Of a stretch of 64,000 nucleotides of DNA, positions 42,660 to 56,445 are shown one piece after another; position 1 is the first letter of the stretch, and every line of letters begins with the position of its first letter. The translations under genes were made by a program, and so were the position numbers. The notes under the pieces are model-generated. The model was not told the DNA's origin. It saw nothing but the letters and a program-made list of their open reading frames with translations, and searched no databases. Source of the DNA: the human T2T-CHM13v2.0 reference genome, Homo sapiens; the NCBI RefSeq assembly GCF_009914755.1, contig NC_060942.1; one strand, 5' to 3'.

Positions 42660-45600
42660 CCAAGCATCTGTGCAGCACAGCTCTTCAGTGAGAAGGAAGG
42701 ATAGGCAAATGCAAATAATAAATAAATCCTGTAGACAGGGCTTTAGTCTATGGAAGGATAAAAGCCTTCATAGAAACCAATTGCTGTCACCTATACCTAC
42801 AGTAATCTTCAGGTGATTTGTGTGATTAGAGACATGGAATAATCAGAAACCACAATTAGGGCTCTGACAGAAGAGGGCTCCAATACCAGAGAAGGTTTCC
42901 CAGGACAAGCCTAGTGAGAGACAAAGAAGAGGGGCAGCTTTCAACAATTCTTGCAAATCTCCCATGAAGGGTTTTGGGGTTTGGGGCAGGTTTTGTCTGC
43001 ATTTGTTTGTCTGTGTGAATTCATATATTGGGGTGGGGGGTTCCAGTTGCTTAGTGAAGAAGAGCTGAAATTTATGTCAGATCTCATGGTTCCTTTTTTA
43101 GAGTTGCATGCATTTGTGATTACGTTCATAAATTATAATACAAAGATAGTCCGTGTTGGAGAAACATGCACCGTCCCTGTCCCCAAATACTGAGGTCATC
43201 CGAAAACACTTTGAAGCTGTAAGACCCTCCCCCAACTATTGGGCCTCATGATTACAGTCAATTCCTGGCTCCTAGATTATGCAAAGCAGGAATGTGGACA
43301 CCCTAAGGACATTGTCTTACTACCTTTTTTTTCCATCTGGATATGCCACATGTTAGAATACCTCACGGTTCCCTGTTTGTATCAATCATCCTGAAAGCAA
43401 ATTGCTAAGCCTCTTGCAATTTAGCACTCCCAAAATGTGTTTGATATAATGAACCTTACATTTTTTTACCTCAAATATTCTTAAAGATGTTTTCATTTAT
43501 CTCATCTCTGAAAATTGCATATCTCTTGCCATGCTGTGAAAGTTTCAACTGTGTTTCCTCCTCTCTGCCATCAACAGACAAAATGGAAGCTAGTAAAAAC
43601 TGATGCACTACCCTCAGTTTTTAACTCCCCAAACACACCTCATTTACTGCCCAATCAAACTCAGTAGTTGCAGCAGTTAGCCAGGCAGGCCTTACCCTGG
43701 AGTTTAAAATTCCCTTCCCACAATATATATAGTTAGTCTTAATAAATAAATGACTTGGACCATGCATTATATATCACTCAAATCCACGAGGACACAAATT
43801 ATGTATAATACATTGGCTGTGTAATTTATTTATTAAGCAAAACGTGAATTTTCCATGCTTGTGTTTGGAGGCACAGTTTGTCACACGCAGCTAAATGATG
43901 TATTCTTATTAGTCCCACTCAATTACGAACTCATCCCTCTGTGCACGGTGTATTTGTTAATGATAGTGCCACAACGCTGCGTCTACAATACCTGTGATTT
44001 TAGTGATTCATAACCGCTCACTAAAACTGTGAAAATGATAAATTGACTGCTGTTGATTAAATGCCGCCAACAGTATGTTTCATATGTGTTTGTCGCAGTT
44101 AGGAGTTAAAGAAACAGCATTGCTCAAAATCATTTAAATATCTAATTAAGCCAAGCCCTCACTAGATATAAAGAACTCATCAGGATATGAAAATAAAAAA
44201 ATAAAAGAAAGCTCGGTGGGAGAGGAGGGAAGAAACGCCATCTGTAGACCCTCACCAACACAGCCTCATTGATGATAAAGACACCGTCATAATAACCATT
44301 TGAAAGGGGCAACACCCAAATTTTAAAAAGCGTGGGAGTTAGCCCCTTCTGCTCACCAGCACAGCTGCTGGGCTATCTGATGACCGGCCCTCATCTCTGG
44401 GATTAGTCTTGGGCAGTAGTGGATTTCAATCACGTATTTGGAAGCCCTGGGTGATGGCCTTTGAAACTGGAGCAAATTCATAGAGGCTTGGGAGGAGGGA
44501 GACGCGGAGGAAATAAAAAGAGAAGGAATATTTTCAAGCAGTTTCAAATCACATCCCTTGGCTTCCACTGCAGTGAAAGGGTTTGTTAATGCTTCCACAT
44601 GACAAATGGCAGCAGAAAGGAAAATATCATTTCAAACAAAGATTAATTATCTTTATGGCTTTAGCTAATTTTTTTCTCCCCTTAGATTAATCCATATAGA
44701 GGTCTTGTTGGTAATATTCAAAGCAGTATAGAACAAGCCCAAGCCCAGAGAATGCTCCTGTGCTGGCACCTCAGCTCCTAATTTAGGCTGCTGGAGTAAG
44801 TATTCAGGGTAATAAAAATAGATACCTGGTGAAGCTTGGTAGTCTTATTAAGACAACCAGGAGGTGTTTATTTTCTTTCTTTGCAATTTTGAAATCAATT
44901 GAGAAATATAAGTGGAAAGTGCATGAATTCTTTTTGAAATCAGTCTTCTTAAATTATACCATGTCTCCAGACTGTTTGGAGCAGAGTAATAACAACAAAA
45001 GTGGACTATTTTTAATTTTAAAATTTTGTTCTTGCCTAACACACGTTTTAAATTTTCCTCATAAAGATAAAACTCAGGGCAATGTCCCCATGGCTTTAAA
45101 ATTGTTTTAAAATTAAGGTGGAACATTGATTATTGACCGCCCAGATCTATGACTGACCATGAAGAAAGAACCATGTCTTATATTGTCTTTGCAACAGCCA
45201 ATTTCACTTTTAAAACTTAAAATTCAAGAGAGGGTGGTATGCTGAAATCTTAGATCTTTTGAGTGGCTCATAAGAACAGTCATGGTATGAACTTTTATAG
45301 GCGTGGCAGAGGTCATTTTCAAATTCTACAACAGAACTCAAACCCTAACACATATGTATCAATTTAAACATACTTAGTCTTGAAAGTTGGATGATTTCCT
45401 TCATGTCAGATATCCCTAGGGTACCTTTAATGACATATAAAAATTTTATTCTCACATCTGAAAGCAATTCCACAGCGTCCTGACAACCGGCATCTTAAGG
45501 ACCTATTGAACCCTGACTGATTGCTTAGATGCCTTGTATGGCAGTCACAGAGAGTCATTCCCTCATTTATAAGGGGTTTGTTTTGTTTCTTTCCTTTTAT

Positions 45601-45719
45601 TTCTACTGCATCAAGTACAGTTATTCATTTATTTCCCGACAGAACAAACTGACTTGATATGCAAGTTGGTACAGTGATGGCCAGAGGGCACCCAGATTCA
45701 GAATCTCTTCTTCTCAGGT

Positions 45720-45870
45720 TCACTGTAGTGGGAGTGGAAAGATCCTATGTCCTCACTTTTGTTCTTAATTAACTGCAAAATGTTGGGCAAGTAACTCACT
45801 CTCTGCATCTTAGATCCCACACTTCAAAAATGACAAATATTAAGATTGGTGACAATCTATTTCCATCCAT
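45720..45870 (+). mobile_element. MIR fragment
   Basis: gtagtgggagtggaaag..ttgggcaagtaactcactctctgcatcttagat. Confidence 0.6.
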
Positions 45871-47387
45871 AAGGATGGAATCCTAGCCTTTGGATTGGAC
45901 TCTCCTTCCTTCTCTGGTAGCACCAGGACCTCTGGTTTGCACGTGGCTCAGCATCTATCAGGCAGGTCCTGGGTGCAGCCCAGGCCTCCAGCACTCCCAG
46001 TGTGTCAGCCCGTGCTGGGGCACACGTAGGTGGCACCCCAAGGAAGCATCACTTGGGAATCTTCACCTACCAGATCACATAAATTAAATGGGACCTAGTG
46101 TCCATTTCATGTCTGCATGTTCTCTCCCACACCCTTTGCAGATTAAAAGGCCTAATCATTTTGCATAGCCCTGTAGCAGGTGCCCTCTGATTACTCCTTC
46201 TCAGGGCTCTTTGTGTAACCACCATACCCCGGCATTTACAGGGATGTTATTACGACCAAGAATAAAACAGACATGGCATGTTGAAGTCATCGTAGGGAAG
46301 GGACTAGGGAAACATGAAGCCTCACAGGGGCTGACAATCTTTCTCAGCCCCCTTGTGAGTTAGATCAAGACCTAGCCATATAGGCATCCTCTAGAAACTT
46401 CTGCTCCTTCATCAGTGATGTCATGAACCACTCTCCTTCTTAAGCCTCTTGCTTTCTTTACCAAATTTGTACAAAAACCTTTAAATGTAAAATACCTTAA
46501 GAAAAAACAAACCTGAATTATATTAAATGAAAACCCCAAAAGCACAAAGTGATGGCATACAAGAGTGCTGTCATTTTCCACAAATAAAGTTGTTCAGGAG
46601 CCCTCCTGTGAGACAATCGCACAGCAAAATGGAAATGGGAAATTTCTACAGGAGCTGTTCGCTGTAAAGAGTAAACCTGTGAACAATCTTTTTACCACCA
46701 AGGGTAGCTATACACTTAGAAGGGATCTGTTTTATTGAGCAGCTGTGCAGATGAGCAGACATCATGCTCCTAGAATTACGTGGTGATTTTTCCAACAGTA
46801 ATAATAATCGAAGTCCTTTGGAACAGTCCTTTTGTTAGTCCTGCACTGACGTCTTCAGGTATAACTTTTGAGATGAGCTTTCACGTAGAGACCTCCAGTT
46901 TCAGACATAAGGGCAGGAAGCCAGGATGGTTTATTATTTCTGCAGTGAACCAGGGTTGCAACAGAGGGGTGGGACTTCCCTCCTGAGGGTCCTCAGCACT
47001 CTGTCTGAAGGGGCTTTGATGCCACCTCTGATGTTTCATGGATAGGGTGGAGACCGAAGCTCAGGTTCTGGATGGCAGCATCCTGGGTACTGCTGGTCTA
47101 GGCATGTGACCTGCCCACATTGGAGCCAGCTCCCTCCCCCAGCACAGTGGGACTGACCATACCACCCACAGCTGGGACTGGGAACAGCTACACCCTGAGA
47201 AAGGACCCCTGATCAAAATGCCTTTTTTTTTTAATTCCATGATTGGAAATTAAGTAATTTCTGTTGGATTGTTTTCAAATGTCTATTTGAAAGTACAAAT
47301 ATTTCTAGGAATATTAGCCTGCATTGGTGGTCATGTATTTCTTAGGATGATTTAGTTTAGAACAAAATTTTCTCCCTAATAACCAGC

Positions 47388-47750
47388 TGATATGGTTTGG
47401 CTGTGTCCCTACCCAAATCTCATCTTGATTTGTAGCTCCCATAATTCCCATGTGTTGTGGGAGGGACCGAGTGGGAGATAATTGAATCATGGGGGTGGTT
47501 TCCCCCATACTGTTCTGGTGGTAGTGGATAATTCTCACGAGATCTGACGGTTTTTTAAGAGGTTTCCCCTTTTGCTTGGCTCTCATTCTTTCTTGTCTGC
47601 TGCCATGTAAGACGTGCCTTTCACCTTCCACCATGACTCTGAGGTCTCCCCAGCCACATAGAACTGTTGGGTCCATTAAACCTCTTTTTCTTTATATATT
47701 ATCCAGTATCAGGTATGTGTTCCTCAGCAGTGTGAAAATGGACTAATACA
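47388..47750 (+). mobile_element. THE1B-like solo LTR
   Basis: tgatatggtttggctgtgtccctacccaaatctcatcttg..gtgtgaaaatggactaataca; TSD ccagc/ccaac. Confidence 0.95.
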
Positions 47751-48559
47751 CCAACTGAGATCTTTGTACTTGGAGAAAGAAAAAATGTTTGGAAGTATGA
47801 GGGGCAAGACAGGGTAATCTTGAGGGATGGGGCTCCTTCTAGGGAGGGGACAGAGAGAAGTGGGCAACTGTGCTCGATCCAATGTATCCTATAGACAGAG
47901 TTCTACTTATTACCTATAAAGAGGTATAGTATCACCATTTAATAATTTTAAAAGGCAAATCAAAAATAGAAAAACATTGAGATAGAAAAAAAGTCAATCA
48001 AAGTCAGAGGCAGAGGTAATACCAAATTTCAGGCTTCCTGATTTGAAGGACAATGGTTTTAATGATAGGTAGAGACCTACAACCATGTAATTGTACATGT
48101 GCTAGGCCTTTTACAATTGGCAAAAATGGTATTCTTGAATTCCGTGTCAATTTTATGCTAATAGTAATGTACATGATACACAATGCTCTGTATTTTTTAA
48201 AAAAAATGAGAAACAAAATTCAAAGCTGTACTAAAAGACCAAGCAATGTGAGCAGTTGGAAAACATCCCATCCATTGAGATAGGCGAAGGATGGGGGAGG
48301 CACCTTGGAAAAGCTATCACGATTCTTCTTTATTGCTGGGCAAAAATAACACAGCATTCTGCATCTGAAATGTGAGAAAGTGAAGAAAGATAGCAGAGAT
48401 TAAAAGGAAGCAGATCTAGGCATAAGGACAGGACCCTTTTAAGTAAGCACCAGCCAATGTAATAAGATTGTTTTTCACTTCTTTGTGAGTTAATCTTTAA
48501 AGATATGGTGTTTGTAGGGCCCTTGGAGGTCAACTGTACTGATGGTAAAAATATTTTCT

Positions 48560-49560
48560 AGATGAAGCAATGCAGTCCAGGATGTATAATGGGGTCAATG
48601 AAACTTAGAATTAAAGGGACACTGTAAGAAAATCTGAGTTATATGATCACTGCCAATATTACTTGTGTGTTTTCTTCTTATGAGGATTTATCATACCACA
48701 TATAACCAGCTGAGTGAGGAATAATAGAAATATTAAAATTATGTTAAAGAGAAACTATAAGAGACTGTTTTAAATTCAGAGGAAGAAGAAAGAATGAGAA
48801 GGGGAAGAATGAGGGAAAAGAGAAAGAGAAGAAAAAAGAAGCGTTTTTGACAGCTTGCTTGTACAGCCATCAGCGGGCCAGATGGGATATGGCTCGTGGT
48901 GAGGAAAAGGGGCAGAGACCAAGAAAAGGTGACGCGATTCTGAGGATGGGGACGAGAAGACAACCTTGGGTTTGAAACATGCCAGGCAGGAAGATCTGAA
49001 AAATTAACTGAAAGCCAGGGAAGTCCTTGGCATCAAGGCATTTAGGAATAACTGCACATCCCAGCTTTGCTTCCAAGCCCAGCGACATCTGCTCAGTGTG
49101 GAAACAAAACTGCTGGTGGTCAAATAAGCAAGGAGCACAAGTTCACTAATTCAAGGAGCGGAAGATCATTTTTAAAGGGCATTTAGAGCTGGAAGTGCCT
49201 CACAACATGTCAGGCCTGCAGGCATTTTTAGCCTGAGAATGCAAAGGGGAGCCTACTCCCTGGTCTCTGGGGCCCAAACGAAGGTGACTTGAAGCTCTTG
49301 TGTTATCGAGTAGAGTTTGAAGAACATGAAACAGCCATCCTACAGAAAAGGTTCCTCGAGGACTGTGGGGTCGAGAAGAGATCAGAGGACCAGATCCCCA
49401 TTAGGGGATCAAAGGGTAAAAAGGAAGGATCCAGGAGGAAGGGTAATAACTTTAGACTTCCACGAGAAAGACTAGAATATTAAGGTGCTAATGGCATACA
49501 GCCGGCAAACAAGACTGCAAATAACTGAATGGAGGGAGAATCATCAGGGTGATATTTACA
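48560..49560 (+). mobile_element. Possible ancient LTR (LTR78-like)
   Basis: gggacactgtaagaaaatctgagttatatgatcactgcc..gaggatttatcataccacatataaccagctgagtgaggaataat resembles a recalled old eutherian LTR; boundaries uncertain. Confidence 0.4.
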
Positions 49561-51454
49561 GTGAGAGAGAGAAGGAAACTAGTGAGCTAGTAAAGAAGTA
49601 GATAGTAATGAGAGGGGAGGCTTGGGCTGGAAGGAGCCTTCAAGGGACACCTTCCCTGGAAACTGAAGTTTTCTATACATAGTAACCTTGGGAAAGGCTA
49701 GGAGTTTGTGGTGGAATCCAGCAGGAATGAAGGAAGGACTAGAAGTGAAAAATAGCAAGACAGTTTCTTCTAGTAAGTCAGCCTAGCCTGTAAGCTTGAT
49801 TGGCAACAGAAACCAAGATTCCTGTCCTCACTCCTCACTATTTTTTGGCAAGGTTGACTCTCATTTGCTCCGACAGGCCAATAGAGAGTCAGGTCCACCT
49901 CACTTCAGAGTATACTCCACTGCTTCTGCCATTTCTGCATGGATGATGCCAGAATTGAAAGTTCTCTTCCAGATTCTTTCAGCCTCTGCTCTCTGGAAGT
50001 ACTCTTTTATAACCCTCTTATCCGTAGATGTGGAGAAGGCCAAAGGAAACTAAATGTGTTACAAGAAAAGAGAAATGCAAAATAATGACTGCTCTGGTGC
50101 ACCCTTGACTTAGTGGCTGTAGCTCCTGCTCTCTGGAAAATGTTTAGCAGCCTGGAAAAACATCCTTGCTCCCTAAGGCAGCCGCAAAGCATGAAGTCTG
50201 GCAGTGCCAGTCCAGAAAACGGTGCCTTGGGTGCGGTCTTACCTGTCACCTACAGTGCAGCTGAGTCCTCTGTAATGGTATTCAACCTCCAGGAAGATTT
50301 TTTAAAAGTTCTTTCATCCCAACATCCCCACACTGCATTCATAGATCCTTTAATATTCGGAAAGAGGAATGGCAAAACGCCTCACCTACCTCTTAGGTGA
50401 GTGGAGGGAGACGGCAGATGGAGGAAGAGGTCCTTGTTGGCACTGGCCAGGGACACCCGACAAAGCGACAGCCAAGAAACTGTGCAGTGGAGGAGGCAGT
50501 GCTCTGGCCAGTGTGGTCTGCAGGGCCAGTGTGGCAGAAGGGAGTTGAAAGCTCAATGGAAGAATACCTTAGCCCTGAACATGCTTATGCCCCCCCGAGA
50601 CCTTTACAGGAATAACCAGCTGAAGATGGCAGTGGCTGCCTTCCTTGCAGCCTCAATGCAGCGGTCAAATGGAGTGAGAGATAGAAAAACACCTTGGAAA
50701 CAGGTTAGTGCAGTGCAGCTGGGTGTGCGAGCACGACAGTGATGACCCCAACCACCACCACGAGAGGCATCAGAATGGACCCTTCTCACCTTGCACAGTT
50801 GTCTGAGACATGTACTGAACAAATCCAGCACTCTGATGCCCCTCATCAGCCAGCAGGGACCCTCCATGGTTCTCTCCGTCAATGTGTGTCCACTTCTCTG
50901 GTGGTGATTTTGGTGATTTCGGTGCTTATCAGACTGAGGAATTATTACAAAACTAATCAACATCAAAATTTCTTTTAACCCCTTTTTAAGAAAAGGGTTA
51001 AAAAATAAGGTCACCAAGCCAGTAGGGAATGTTAGAAGACAGCCAGCTTCCCAGATAGTGTTAGACCAAGCTCCGGGTGCACCTCAAGCCAGGACCGTCA
51101 AGGACGAGGACTGGTCTTAACATATCCTAGAAGAGGCATTTTGTCGGGGGCTTCCAAAGACAAGCTAAGTGCCCAATAAGACTCTTAAACCATCCTGGGA
51201 ATGTGACCTGATTTAACGTACTACAGTGTCAGACTGTATCACAGCGGCAAATATATACTACATATGATTTTACTATGCACACCTACACGTAACATTCTAA
51301 TAAAGCTAAAAGCATTAACATTACAGATATCACCATATCATAGAACAGAACAGGTAAAACCTACAACAGAATTCTTGGAGATTTAAAGAACTTAACTAAT
51401 ACATCAATGTGTTTTATTGCCATCATCCATCACTAGAGAAAAAGAACGGCAGTA

Positions 51455-51688
51455 GCCATGCTAATATTTACCTGACATTTACTGTATTTTGGTGAGGGTG
51501 CTAAATCCTTTACATGTATACCTAATTTAATCCTCAGAATGACCCTACGAACAGAAAAACTGAGATCTACAGAAGTTTATGGAAAAGTACCCATGATCAC
51601 ACTGCTGATATGTGGCAAACCTGCGGTATTCACCGAGCTCTGTCTGACTCCAGTGCCCAAGCTTCCAATCACGGTTTTAAACTGCCTC
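51455..51688 (-). mobile_element. MIR
   Basis: atttaatcctcagaatgaccct..aaaactgagatctacagaagtt..catgatcacactgct..ctgtctgactccagtgccc. Confidence 0.75.
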
Positions 51689-52699
51689 ATACTCAAACCA
51701 TTGATTTGTTAAAACAAAGTCTATGCAAAGTCATCTGTGAAACCAGGTCTTGTTTGGAATCATAAACCCGATTATGTTTTCTTATCCTCTCCCCATCCAG
51801 CTATAGATACCAGGCTTTACAGAGGCAGAATCAGGATGTGGTTGCAGAAAAAATAAGAACAGCGAAAGACGCGTGGGGCATCACATCTCCATCTTGCAGG
51901 AACTGGCAACGATGGTCCAGGCCAACGCCTCTCGAGGTGGCCTCCTCCTCCCATGTGAGGGAAGGACTCACCAGGGGCTTCCCTGCTGGTAGGGCTCAGA
52001 GACGTTACTGTTATTTAACTCCAAACCCATCACCGGCGCCTGAGATGCAGGCTTGTGTGCGGGGCAGATGGCCAGCTGTCAGGGAGGACGTGAGCACTTC
52101 ACTTTCAAGGACCGGTTCTGACCCTGGAGCACGCAGGGTGCGGCCTGGCGCTGAGTCCCGTGTTACTCACCTCAACGTGTTTTAACGCTGTTTCCTCCTT
52201 CCCATTTGATAACCCACCTCTTCGACAAACGACCTTCAATATTTGAGTGGTAACAGAAATGGAGCCACTGTGGCAATAAATTGCTCATAAGCTTGGACAG
52301 AAACATCTGCCGACCGAGTTAGAGCCTTGACTTTCCCCACGTCAGGGAGGGGAGATTCCGCTTCCCATACAATCACCAGTTGCCGTTCTCAGCACAAACC
52401 TGGGAGACTTATTTACAAGACCGTTATTTCTTTTTCCTATATATTCTGCAAAATGGCTCAACATAAACCGAGTGTGCTGCACCCAGGGGAGTTTTAAGAA
52501 AGACAAGCCCCAGTCTGGATTCCAGGGTGCAGTCCTCCAAGAGGCCCCAGTGACAAGGGGCCCACCCTGCACCTTCCCACGAGGGTGGTCCTGTTGCAGA
52601 ACCAGCTACAGGTCATGCCTTCTTTATTTTCTCTTTCTTGCACTGCTCCTTGCCTTTGAAGAAGGGACTAAAAAGAAAAGAGAAAAGAAGAAGCTGCAG

Positions 52700-53050
52700 T
52701 GGCAACGAGAAGCGCTTCCCCGCGCCTGGGGCGCCGCGGTGGCCCGTCCTCCCGTGTCCTCCGCGTCCTTCCCAGGCCCGGAGTCACGCATCACTCATCT
52801 TGTCACATTGAACTCCGGATGCTCCTGCCCTAGAGAATGCTCTGACTCCGGCAATTTTTCTTCATTCTCACTAACAATTTGGTAATGAAATATTGATTTT
52901 TAGTTAGATTCATATTGATGCTATTAGGTTTGCATTGATAAATCATGCTGGCCTCCTGTCTGGAAGGCTAGAGAGTGCCACACTGAGCCCTGGAGATTAC
53001 AATCAACTCATTGATGTGTTAATTTGATGGATTTTTTCGTTCTGTTAGAA
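52700..53050. promoter_or_regulatory. Candidate enhancer: small CpG cluster followed by ATTGAT/TAAT motif cluster
   Basis: gcctggggc (GCCNNNGGC, TFAP2-type) in CpG-rich 52700-52790; TATTGATTT at 52891-52899 plus three more ATTGAT; no TE recognised. Confidence 0.4.
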
Positions 53051-53868
53051 GGAGTGGGAGGGTAAAGGAAGATTTTTCAGTGCGGCCTTGTAAAGTTTTC
53101 ACAGTGAAATCAGGGACAGTAATTGCAGGCTTCACGGGATACATTCGCCTCTGAAGAATCCTTGGGCTGATTTGGTCAGGATGTTAAAAGCAGGACAGGT
53201 GTGGGGCTGGAGGGAGAGCACGGGGAGATGTGGGTGAGGGCTGGGAGGATATGACACACCTTGTAAACACTGTTCTAGATCCCACACAGGGAGGGGAAAT
53301 CGCTCGGTTAAATCCTAATTAAGCCATTTACAGGAGTCATGAAGAAGCATTTCCTATCTCCAGGACCACTTTGCACATGAAGACTGCCCCAGTGCCAGGC
53401 AGGTGTGCCCTGGGCTCTGCCGCCACCCTCCACGCTTGCTGGCAACACTGGTATGGTTCTGGGGGCATGTCCCTCTGCTTTCTCCTTTGCAAAGTGCCCC
53501 TTAGGAAGTCGATGTCCTCTGCATCTGCAGCCTATTTTAAACGGCCTCTAGATGTGATTTATGTTTCTGTGCAAATGTAATGCCTGTCATTAGGGGACAA
53601 CACTTGCCCACACCCAAGGATCTTACTGTGATTCCCTTCAAAGGCCCAGCACTGGCGGGGTGCTGCAAGCAGCCCAGGAAAGAAGGGGCTTTCAAAATGC
53701 TTAGGTAGGAATGCATTTGCCTTGGTTTGGTTGTTTTTTTTTTAAGCAAACCTGTTTCGTGACCAAACATGTGTGCTTCACCTCTGTGAGCTTTACATCC
53801 CCTTTCTTCTGATGAGCACAAAATGACAACTTCACAGAACCAAGTCCATTCAATTAAATTCACCTATG

Positions 53869-54007
53869 AGAGTGTGTGCATGTGTGTGCGCATGTGTGTG
53901 CACATGTAAAACTGCATGGCCTGCTTTCTAAAATAGATACAATACACACAGACACACACACGCATGCACACACGCACACACACGCGCACACACGCATGCC
54001 ATGTGTG
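53869..54007. repeat. Head-to-head (TG)-rich and (CA)-rich microsatellites
   Basis: gtgtgtgcatgtgtgtgcgcatgtgtgtgcacatg ... acacacacgcatgcacacacgcacacacacgcgcacacacgcatg. Confidence 0.9.
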
Positions 54008-56445
54008 CTGAAGGGAGCCTCTGGTGGAGGGTAATGGGATGAGGAAGGGATGTTTGCATCAGCTTCTTTCCTCTTATCAATTTGAAGAGCTCGGATCACG
54101 AGCCAGCCACGCTGATGGGTCGCATCTTAGCACACAAGCTTCCTGAGCGGCAACCCGGCCTCTGCAGCCTGCCAGCAGGTACTCCCGGATGATGGCACGG
54201 AGGGGAGCCTATTGTTAAACCACAGGGCACGGAGCTCCCATGGATGGAAGGTCATCGTTCACCTCTTGGCCACCCTCGTAGGAGTTGGTATTGTCCCTTC
54301 TCAAGGTTGAAACATTCTATATACTTGGTGTGTCTGGCTGTCTGTCCCTGCAGGGGGAGGGCAGGGAGAGAGAAAGAGGTGACTAATTGTAGCCTCCTCA
54401 TTATCACTCCAAAGATAATTTTGGCAGCAATCAGTAAGGCTTGGGAAAGCAAGAACTTCATATAACACAAAGCTTTTCAAGAGCACATAAGAAATCACCG
54501 TGATAAGTTTTCTAACTGTGGTCATCTACTCCTAAGCCCTCAAGGGCTCACATTGCCAATGCTCTCCTTTCTTTCTGAAGATTCATCCCATGTCACCCCT
54601 GGAAGGAACCAACTCCCTCTGGGACAATTCCTGTGCCCAAGCCCCATGATACCAGGTTCAAAACTTTGATTCCAGCCCCCAGGTTGAGTATGGAGGAGGG
54701 AAATGAAGTCTCCTGTGTGGAAAGCATTTGGTCCTCTCTAAAACCTTAGGCAAGCTGGAAGCCGAGTCCTAATCAGGGAAACCCAGACGCTGGTGAGGTG
54801 GAAGCCTTTATGAAGCACGAGCTCCAGCAGAACACACAGTTTTCGGTACCAGGCAGTTGGACATCATGTCACGGGCCGGGCCCTGTAGGATTCAGCAGCT
54901 TATGTCTCAGGTGGACCACAGGGTGCATTTACCCCAGGGAGGACCCTGAGTCACCCATGCTCAGGACAGTGCTTGGACCACGGCTGTGGGCATCCAGGTA
55001 CTGGGGCCACTTCCCATCCAGTAATTTTCCATCTAGGTTGTAGCCCTTCCCAATCTCAACAGATCTTCCCTTGAATCTATGAGTAGCTCTCCTTAGACAT
55101 CACCCCCACCTTCACAACTACAACCCAGGCCTACTCCAATCCCAGCCAGTCCAGCCCCACAGGGTGGCCCAGGAGAGCAGGGCTCGCCATGTAGGAGCTG
55201 CCACTCAGGTCTGCTGACTTCTGGCTGCCCAAGTCCAGCTGACTTGAAACCACAGAGGCCCCAGCAAGGAAAGACATTCAGGTTAATCTCCACGAACCTC
55301 GCAGTCAAAGAGAACTCTCTAGTCAGCCTTATGAAAGGCTCCTTCATTGACTTTTCTGTCACGTCTTAACAGTGATGCTAAACACACACACACAGACATA
55401 ACCCTGACCTCCAAATTTACAATCACTGGGGAGATGCACCATCTACATCAATAACCCCAACTCAGTCTGCCCTCCCCCAGGTGAGTGCCCATGCGCGAAT
55501 TGCAGCTGCACGCCTGCGCTCCTCCAGTCTCTCTATGTCCCCTACCTGCTCTTTGTGTTGAAACTGAGCTTGCCTGTTAAGAGAGCATCTGCTAGCCCCC
55601 CACCCAGGAGTCTTCCCCAGCCTTCTCAGGAGGGTTATCCCCATCTGCCTGGGCCCTGCAAAATCAGTGCGGTGCTTGCTGCAATTCCCCAAAGCTGCAG
55701 GGACGCCTCATGTGACATCTCCACTCCTGGACTTCCAGTGTCCCAGAGCGGGAAGCATGGGGGACCCACTCCGCATCCCCAGGGCTCAGCACACCGCAGG
55801 GCCTAATCGCGCTGGTTGAGCTGACGAGTGATCCAAAGTGTGGCGCCCCTTCAACGTGGAGGGGTGACCACACCCAGAGAGGCGGTCTGAGGTCTACATA
55901 ACAGACAGGCTCCAAGCCTGGGGAGTAGAAAGAGACGAAGGTGAGTGGGGCAAGCAGAGGGGCTGTGGAGCCTATGCCCAGGGAGGAAGATGCACACTGT
56001 GTTTTGGGGCCATCAGTCCCCGTGGGGCTGGAGCACAGGAACTACAGGAACTCAGGGAAAGAAAGCATGACTGAAAATGTGGCCTGCTGGTGTGTGGTGG
56101 CGGGCCACCCGTGGCAGAGCTGAAGTGTGGGTGCAAAGCAGTAGTAGTGGGAAATTAGTGGAGGGCTTGGAGTAGAAGTGGTTTGCTTAGAATATTGTTT
56201 TAAGAACAACTAACTTAGTATTGGTTGTAAATGGATTTAAGGGCAGAGGAGAGAAAAAAGACAGGCAGACCATTGAAAGACGACAGGATCCTCCTGACAG
56301 GAAACATTGAAGGCCTGAGTTTTTAAAAATTAAGTTAAATTAGAAATCGAGGCTTTTACACATATTTCTTATGTCCCTTTCCTCATAGCCCGGGATAAAG
56401 CGTTCCATAATCCTTATTGAGACTTTGTTGTTTCTATGCTTCTTA

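Noticed and set aside
45861-45880. ttccatcc-ataa-ggatggaa hairpin (also 57080-57114 and ttctaga repeats at 34196-34220)
   Set aside because: Stems of 8 bp or imperfect stems are expected by chance in 64 kb
52164-52690. Minus-strand exon from strong acceptor at 52668 to donor at ~52170
   Set aside because: ~500 nt is long for an internal exon; acceptor may just be a GAAAA-rich tract; transcribed strand unknown
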